This document shows positions 45,591 through 51,313 of a stretch of DNA of 51,313 nt, one piece after another (position 1 is the stretch's first letter; each line of letters starts with the position of its first letter). Below the pieces are notes generated by a model. The model did not search any database. It was not told where the DNA came from and was given only the letters and a program-made list of their open reading frames with translations. Origin of the DNA: Candidatus Kapaibacterium sp. (GTDB lineage Bacteria; Bacteroidota; Ignavibacteria; Kapaibacteriales; UBA4661); NCBI GenBank assembly GCA_025363605.1, contig JANYDO010000133.1:1-51313 (forward strand), in the 5' to 3' direction. A program made the translations under genes and the position numbers.

Positions 45591-47378
45591 ATGAACTTCT
45601 TGTACCTTACCATCATTCGTCTCGGTGCTTTGTTGCTTGGTTTTGCGCTTATCGCCAGCATTGATCTTTCCGCGCAAACCGACACAAGCCGCACTAAATA
45701 TGACTCTGCCGCAAAGCCCGCCATTACGCCGTTTCGTGTTAGTGGTGGCGTTACGCTCTCCGGCGATTTCTACACTGCCGACGGCATCGAATCTCGCCGC
45801 CCGACCAGCAATCTCATGGCGATTGCGCGAATCAACGTAACGCTTTTCGACCAAGTAAGCCTCCCTTTTGAAGCATTTATCGGTACGAACCAAAGCGGAT
45901 TTCGGCAGCCGTTCAACCAATTTGGTGTGTCGCCGACCTTTTTCAACTGGCTCACACTGCACGCAGGCTGGTTTTCGACGCGCTTTAGCGACCTTACTTT
46001 TGGCGATATTCGGATGCTCGGCGGCGGCGTAGAGCTGCGTCCGGGCAATTTCCGCTTTGCCGCTATCTATGGCAGCACCAACCAAGCCGTTCCCTACGAT
46101 GTCGCTTCGGGCGGTGGTGCGGTTGCCGGAGCATTTACTTCGTATTCGCGCCCCATTGTGGGCATCAAACTTGGCTATGGCGATGAAAATCTCCTCTTTT
46201 GCAATATCCAAGCCATTCGCATTACCGACGAGACTGCATCGCTTCAAACGCCTGCCAATACAGACTTTTCGCTCCTCGCCAAACCGCAGGAAAACACCGT
46301 CATTTCCACCACGTTTGGTTTTGGCGCTTTCGACGGAAAACTCCGCTTTGTAGCAGAGATAGCCGCTTCCGCGTTCTCCGCCGACACACGTTCTGCCAGT
46401 CTCGCCCAGCTTGCCACAGCCGCCACGTTTCAGCTTCCCGAAATCCCATCGCTGCTTTTCACCCCGCGCCTTTCCAGTCAAATAGATGCCGCCGCCAAAG
46501 CGACGCTCACGATTGCCCCAACGCAAGATTTTTCGCTGGCTCTGGCGGGGCAGTACATCGGACCCGGTTTTGTGAGTTTGGGCTATGCGCAGTTGCAAAA
46601 TGACGTGCTGGACGGCACGATTTCGCCATCGCTACGCCTGTTCAATGGCGGTTTGTCGCTGCGGGGAACGCTTGGAGTGCGAGTGAATAATCTCATTGCG
46701 AACCGCGCAGCGCCGCTTCAACGCTTGATTGCATCAGGTTCGGTTTCCATTCAGCCCGTGCAGGCGTTTGGATTTGATGTGCAATACTCCAACTACGGCA
46801 TCCGCTCCACCCCGCGCAACGACACGCTTCGCATCGAAAACGTCTCGCAGTCGCTCACGCTTTCGCCCCGTGTAAATTTTGAAGCCTTCGGCGGAGTGAG
46901 CGGCATTTTTGGCTCGTACTCGCTCAACAATGTGGACGACCTGAACGTGATAACGCGCCAGACCAACACGAACCAAACGCAAACAGTAATGCTCTCGTGG
47001 ACGCTGGGGCTACCGTCGGGCTTGTCGCTGGCGACGACAGGCTTTTACTCCGACATTGCGCAAAGCATTGCCCGCACAAATATCGTGAACATCGGGCAGA
47101 CAGCGGCGTACAGCTTTTTCGACGGAGCGCTTTCTACCTCGCTGACGCTTGGCTATGGGATTGTCGGCTCAAGCATCACGCAAAGCGGCATGACGACGAC
47201 TTCTTCGGACGGGCAAATCACGGGACAAGCCGGCGCTTCGTATTCGATTGGCGAAGGCGGGAGACTCGGCACACTCTCGCTGAACGTGAACAACAATAAC
47301 TACGCTTTCGGCAATCCCGCTCGCGGGCGGAATTTCGGCGAGTGGACAGCGATGGTGCAGTATTCGATTGGGTTTTGA
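45591..47378 (+). CDS. outer-membrane beta-barrel protein of unknown family (595 aa)
   Basis: Signal peptide ...ASIDLSAQ, a long run of alternating amphipathic strands rich in G/S/T/N/Y, and a terminal ...MVQYSIGF (aromatic C-terminus). It starts 40 nt after the TIG/T9SS gene. The antisense 381-aa ORF (45453-46598) is rejected. Confidence 0.7.
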   Translation: MNFLYLTIIRLGALLLGFALIASIDLSAQTDTSRTKYDSAAKPAITPFRVSGGVTLSGDFYTADGIESRRPTSNLMAIARINVTLFDQVSLPFEAFIGTNQSGFRQPFNQFGVSPTFFNWLTLHAGWFSTRFSDLTFGDIRMLGGGVELRPGNFRFAAIYGSTNQAVPYDVASGGGAVAGAFTSYSRPIVGIKLGYGDENLLFCNIQAIRITDETASLQTPANTDFSLLAKPQENTVISTTFGFGAFDGKLRFVAEIAASAFSADTRSASLAQLATAATFQLPEIPSLLFTPRLSSQIDAAAKATLTIAPTQDFSLALAGQYIGPGFVSLGYAQLQNDVLDGTISPSLRLFNGGLSLRGTLGVRVNNLIANRAAPLQRLIASGSVSIQPVQAFGFDVQYSNYGIRSTPRNDTLRIENVSQSLTLSPRVNFEAFGGVSGIFGSYSLNNVDDLNVITRQTNTNQTQTVMLSWTLGLPSGLSLATTGFYSDIAQSIARTNIVNIGQTAAYSFFDGALSTSLTLGYGIVGSSITQSGMTTTSSDGQITGQAGASYSIGEGGRLGTLSLNVNNNNYAFGNPARGRNFGEWTAMVQYSIGF

Positions 47379-47400
47379 GGAAGGTCGGAAGATGTAGGTT

Positions 47401-47821
47401 TTATGCGAGATTTATGCCGAGAAGAGTGGCGAATTCTTCAGTGGAAATCACACGCATAGTAGGAAATGGAATATCGCGTAGAACAGCAAAGTGGGCATCT
47501 TCGGTAATAATAGCATCGGCATTTCCGGCAATGGCACAATCTATAAACTTGTTATCGTCGGGGTCGGTAGGAATAAGATTCCACCGATAATAGACGGTGG
47601 TTGCCCTTGACCGCAGGTGTACTGTAGAGGAATGACAGAGCCGTAAACGCAGAGAGTTTTGTGTGTTGGCGAAATAAAACTTCCTCGTACTCCAGCATAA
47701 TATCGGTGCTCACTAAAAGAGCATATTCCTCTTGGAGAAGTGAGGTAAGAAGCGGTCGATAGCGCGAAGTCCTCCCAAAAAGAACTATCAGGACGTTGGT
47801 GTCAATGACAAATCGTTTCAC
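47401..47821 (-). pseudogene. PIN-domain toxin gene (PIN_3-like) disrupted by a frameshift
   Basis: A GTG start at 47821 gives MKRFVIDTNVLIV...STDIMLEYEEVLFR..., which ends prematurely at 47552. The next frame continues ...TTVYYRWNLIPTDPDDNKFIDCAIAGNADAIITEDAHFAVLRDIPFPTMRVISTEEFATLLGINLA* to the stop at 47401-47403. Total length is 421 nt (3n+1). The shift maps to about 47597-47607. Confidence 0.75.
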
Positions 47822-48120
47822 TCTTGCTTGCGAAGTGATTCGGGGGCAAGCGGAAGATTGGAGCGATACGGCGTTCTAAAGTGTGAATGCAGCCATTCTT
47901 CCATTGTTTCTTGCGTATAGCCGCGTTCTTCCCACATTTGGTCAGCAGCATCATGCGCTCGTTCTCAAAGAATGTGCGAAATAAACACTCGAATTTTATG
48001 TAAATCTTCTTCTGATACATTCGCCGCAAACGCTTCCAAAAGAAGCGCTTGGAGATTTGTCAAGGGTTGATGTATCAAAGGTTTGCCTGAGTGTGCCGAG
48101 TATTGAGATTGAGGTATCAT
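47818..48120 (-). pseudogene. cognate antitoxin-like gene with an in-frame TGA
   Basis: My translation from the ATG at 48120 is MIPQSQYSAHSGKPLIHQPLTNLQALLLEAFAANVSEEDLHKIRVFISHIL*ERAHDAADQMWEERGYTQETMEEWLHSHFRTPYRSNLPLAPESLRKQE*. The internal TGA is at 47965-47967. The terminal TGA overlaps the PIN GTG start (GTGA, 47818-47821). Confidence 0.55.
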
Positions 48121-48224
48121 AGCCGCAAAATGTTAAACCATCATAGAACATGACTTGATTGTTACCATTGTGCAAATTACATAAAATGCAAACAAACTTC
48201 TCTTCATTTTTTAAGGCAAATTCT

Positions 48225-51200
48225 ATGCGCCATAGCTTGCTTTTCCGCCGTTTCTTAACGTTTGGTCTGGTTCTTTCCGTGCTTCTCGCACACATTCAAA
48301 CGGCACACGCCCAAATCACCCTCATTCTGAACACCCCGCCGCAACTGCCGGAGCGCGTGAACGACTGGGAACGCCTGAACGCGCTCTTTTCCGTTACCGT
48401 TACCAATACAGGCGCAACGCCGCTTTCGCGCCTTCGCATTGCCGCAACGGTAACGAACTTGGACAATAATGCCGTTCTGTTCCGCACGAAAAACGACCTC
48501 ACGCGCCCTTTTAATGCGCCCCCGCGCATACCGCAAACATTGACTGCGCCGCAGATTCTTCCGGCAAACTCGTTTGAATATGATGCTTCGGTGCAAACGG
48601 CTCTTATCCGTACCAATACCTTACCCGAAGGCGCATACCGCCTTTGTGTGAGGGTGTTGGACGAGCGCGGGGCGACCGTCGGTTTTGAGCAATGCCGCAC
48701 CTTTAACGTCATCATTCCCGACCCGCCAAGCCTGATTTCGCCATCCAACGGCGATTCTCTGCGCCGCGCCGCACCTTCGATTCCGCTATTACCGCAGTTT
48801 CAGTGGACACCTGTTTTTGCGCGGTTTGGGCAGCAAAGCAAGTACAAAGTCCGCATTGTGCCTGTTTTTGAGGGACAACAGCCGCGTCAGGCATTGGAAG
48901 CAAACCCCACGCTGTTTGAGAAACTTATTCCCACAAGCAGTTACCAGTGGCTTCCCTCCGACCCGCAATTCAGCAATTACCCCAATGCCAAAGGCTTCGT
49001 CTGGCAAGTGCAAGCGATTGACCCCAACGATGTAAGCCTAGCCAATGCACGGGCGGTGGGGCGGAATGAGGGGCAAAGTGAGATTTTCGGATTCGGAATG
49101 TCTGCGCCCGAAACGACGGTGATGAGTAATGATATGCCGACAAAAGGCTCGAAAATCAAGGTGGGCGCTTTTACGATGACGCTTGGCGATTTCTCGGTCA
49201 ATCCTGATTTCACGGTATCGGGCAAAGGCACAATTCAGGTGGATTGGCTGAAGACCGCGATAAATGTAGAGTTTAGTGGCATCACTATTGCAAAGAAAGA
49301 AGTAACGAAAGGCGAAGTGTTATCAACTCTTGCTGACGGCGTGCCGTCCTTCAAAGAGCAGCTGGGCAGCAAGATGAACCTTCCGGGTGTGCCGGACGGC
49401 GTGAATCTCTCACTGGGCTTGGGTTCGTCGAATCTCAAGGATATGTACGATAAAGCAACAGCTGCCATCAATCAAATCGGCAAAGGCGCAATCACGCTAC
49501 CGTTGGGCTACGAAACGGCTGGAAATACAATGTTTGCTCTTTCGGCGATGAAGTTCACCAAAGATGATGCGGTGATGAATATGTTTACCCGCACTCCAAT
49601 GCCGAGTTTAGCTCCGGATGCCGTGTTGGCGCTGGGTGCGGGCGAAATTGCGTTTACGCCCTTGGGTCCGAAACTTTCGTCATTTGCCTTGTATTTGGCG
49701 CAAGATTTGACCGTTGCGCCCAGCTACAAACTCACCTTGCAAGCACCGACCGCGCAAGTACGAGGAACAGTGCTGAAGATGAAGGGTTGGAGCGTGGATA
49801 CACTCATCGTTGGCGGCACGGTGGAATTTCCCACAACATGGTTCACCAAAGCCAGTGATAATGCCAGTGCGGTGAAAGGAACTTTTTCCGGCTCGTCCAA
49901 AAGCCTGACGGCGTGGGTCATCACAGCAAGTATTCCCGATGAATGCTTAATTACGAAGCTGCCGGATTTCAAACTTAAAATCAACAGTCTTAGCTTCGAT
50001 ATGTCCGACAAGGAAAATCCTGTGGGACTGACCTTTCCGTCCGAATACCCAAATGGCGTGGATTGGCGCGGTTTTGCGATTCAGAAAGCAACAATCACGC
50101 TTCCGCCGTATTTGCAAAAAATTGGTTCTTCCTCGCCACTCACCATCGAACTCTCAAACTTTCTCATTGATGGCAACGGACTGACGGGAACAGCAAAAAC
50201 AGCCGCACCGATAAAAGATATGAACTTCGGCGGCTTCAAAGGCACACTTGAAACATTCACACTGTCGTTTGTAAAAATGTCGCCGAAAGAAGTTGCGCTG
50301 GCAGGCACGATGACGCTGCCTGTGGGCGATGCGACGATTGGCGTCGTGGGTGTCTATGCCGAGGGGAAAGGTTTTTCGATGGCAGCAAATTTGGAAAAAA
50401 ATAAAACCTTCCCACTCGGCTCTGCGGGCGAATTTCTGCTTTATGGAAAAAGTGATGCAAATGCCGCAAAAGCCGTTACCATTGCGTTCGACAAAACCAA
50501 CGGTGCAACGGCGAGTTTGAGTGGGAAGTTCACGCTCACAAGTGGCTTCGGAGCTAAAGTGCAGGGTACGGATATGAGTTTCAAGGGCATTGCCTTCGAG
50601 GGTGTAAAACTTAGTCCGCAGGGAGCAAAAGTATTTGAACTTGGCAAATGGAGCTATGTGAACGGTCAAAATCAAGAGAAGTCTTTTGGTAAAGACGTAC
50701 CGTCGCATCTGAGCGATGAAGCACTCGCAAATTTCATTTCCGACGAGGTAGAACGCCATTATGCAGGCGGTGAGCGATTGGACTTGGAGAGCGCACCAAT
50801 GCTTGCTCCCGGAGATGGCAACGAAAAGGAAGGATTAGGCGGGTTCCCGATTTCTATTGATAACCTCAGTTCCTCTGAAGAAGGTAACAAAACAATTATC
50901 AACGTCGGGCTGACGCTCAATTTGGACGGCGACGGCAATAGCAGTGCGCTTTCCGGCACGACACAGTTGGCTATCAGTTTCAAGGCGAATAAAGGTGCAA
51001 ACGGTGCGCCGATGAGCTTTTCGGATGGGGATATGGAATTGAAAGGGATTGGAGTGGAGGGCAAACTTGCAGGATGCGTTACTTTGAGCGGCAAGGTGGA
51101 GTTTTTTAATAACAGCCCAACCTACGGCAACGGCTTCTATGGCGCACTTCAAGTTACCTTGCTGGATGCAATCACAGGGCAGATTGCCACGCAGTTCGGG

Positions 51201-51313
51201 CGCACCGCAAAATCAGGGCGGTACTGGTTTGTGGATGCGAATGTGCGCCAATCTACCGGCTTTCCTATCGGCGCTACGGGCATGAGTTTTTACGGCTTCG
51301 GCGGCGCCGCGAT
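48225..51313 (+). CDS. very large secreted protein of unknown family (at least 1029 codons, 3' end beyond the window)
   Basis: My own translation from the ATG at 48225 is MRHSLLFRRFLTFGLVLSVLLAHIQTAHAQITLILNTPPQLPERVNDWERLNALFSVTVTNTGATPL... It stays open with no stop to nt 51313 (...GATGMSFYGFGGAA). It is absent from the ORF track because it has no stop. All overlapping listed ORFs are short. It has a signal peptide and Ig-like N-terminal modules. Confidence 0.8.
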   Translation, partial: MRHSLLFRRFLTFGLVLSVLLAHIQTAHAQITLILNTPPQLPERVNDWERLNALFSVTVTNTGATPLSRLRIAATVTNLDNNAVLFRTKNDLTRPFNAPPRIPQTLTAPQILPANSFEYDASVQTALIRTNTLPEGAYRLCVRVLDERGATVGFEQCRTFNVIIPDPPSLISPSNGDSLRRAAPSIPLLPQFQWTPVFARFGQQSKYKVRIVPVFEGQQPRQALEANPTLFEKLIPTSSYQWLPSDPQFSNYPNAKGFVWQVQAIDPNDVSLANARAVGRNEGQSEIFGFGMSAPETTVMSNDMPTKGSKIKVGAFTMTLGDFSVNPDFTVSGKGTIQVDWLKTAINVEFSGITIAKKEVTKGEVLSTLADGVPSFKEQLGSKMNLPGVPDGVNLSLGLGSSNLKDMYDKATAAINQIGKGAITLPLGYETAGNTMFALSAMKFTKDDAVMNMFTRTPMPSLAPDAVLALGAGEIAFTPLGPKLSSFALYLAQDLTVAPSYKLTLQAPTAQVRGTVLKMKGWSVDTLIVGGTVEFPTTWFTKASDNASAVKGTFSGSSKSLTAWVITASIPDECLITKLPDFKLKINSLSFDMSDKENPVGLTFPSEYPNGVDWRGFAIQKATITLPPYLQKIGSSSPLTIELSNFLIDGNGLTGTAKTAAPIKDMNFGGFKGTLETFTLSFVKMSPKEVALAGTMTLPVGDATIGVVGVYAEGKGFSMAANLEKNKTFPLGSAGEFLLYGKSDANAAKAVTIAFDKTNGATASLSGKFTLTSGFGAKVQGTDMSFKGIAFEGVKLSPQGAKVFELGKWSYVNGQNQEKSFGKDVPSHLSDEALANFISDEVERHYAGGERLDLESAPMLAPGDGNEKEGLGGFPISIDNLSSSEEGNKTIINVGLTLNLDGDGNSSALSGTTQLAISFKANKGANGAPMSFSDGDMELKGIGVEGKLAGCVTLSGKVEFFNNSPTYGNGFYGALQVTLLDAITGQIATQFGRTAKSGRYWFVDANVRQSTGFPIGATGMSFYGFGGAA

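Noticed and set aside
45453-46598. 381-aa minus-strand ORF
   Set aside because: It lies antisense to the 595-aa barrel gene, which has a signal peptide and a C-terminal aromatic residue. The antisense product is R/G/K-rich with no domain signature.
47965-47967. In-frame TGA in the antitoxin as evidence of a recoded genetic code (TGA as Trp or Gly) or selenocysteine
   Set aside because: TGA terminates well-defined genes in this window (ABC ATPase at 7915-7917, HAD at 20552-20554, barrel at 47376-47378). I noticed no SECIS-like hairpin downstream.

Overview
This is a 51.3-kb, densely coding chromosomal window with about 36 protein genes on both strands. I found no rRNA, tRNA, CRISPR array, transposase or integrase by eye. 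All family calls come from motif reading of the supplied translations and my own translations; no similarity search was run. The lineage is probably an FCB-superphylum bacterium. Supporting this are two proteins with T9SS-type C-terminal sorting domains, a type-2 (about 1100 aa) IleRS followed by a DksA/TraR-like gene, and a Y_Y_Y propeller sensor kinase. Clear Shine-Dalgarno sequences (GGAGG, AGGAG, GAGGAG) argue against Bacteroidia proper and fit a Chlorobi/Ignavibacteria/Rhodothermia-like lineage. Housekeeping genes are asd, mtaB, rlmN, cmk, anmK, recN, ileS, a PBP4-type DD-peptidase and a GH13 amylase. Envelope and accessory content is more unusual. (1) A 1503-aa exported vWA + 7-blade WD40 + tandem OmpA_C protein lies divergent from an orphan sigma-54 enhancer-binding response regulator, which carries a Q/N/P/Y-rich prion-like linker. 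Its tandem-OmpA C-terminal module recurs in a 711-aa OmpA barrel protein just downstream of anmK. (2) A same-strand surface locus runs from 40016 to the window end. It contains a propeller/Y_Y_Y histidine kinase, a NarL-type regulator, a 4x IPT/TIG T9SS cargo protein, a 595-aa orphan beta-barrel, a decayed PIN toxin-antitoxin pair, and a secreted protein of at least 1029 aa that runs off the window and is absent from the supplied ORF track. (3) A DksA/TraR-like regulator carries a histone-H1-like K/A/P/T tail of about 125 aa. (4) A Tat-exported DUF1501 protein lacks the usual partner, but a stand-alone PSCyt1-like lipoprotein with a C-x4-CH motif lies nearby. (5) Short in-frame 15/18-bp tandem duplications recur in four genes, and one duplicates the asd start codon. 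I consider the vWA-WD40-OmpA protein and the two-component-controlled surface locus the best candidates for an undescribed system, but this is inference only.
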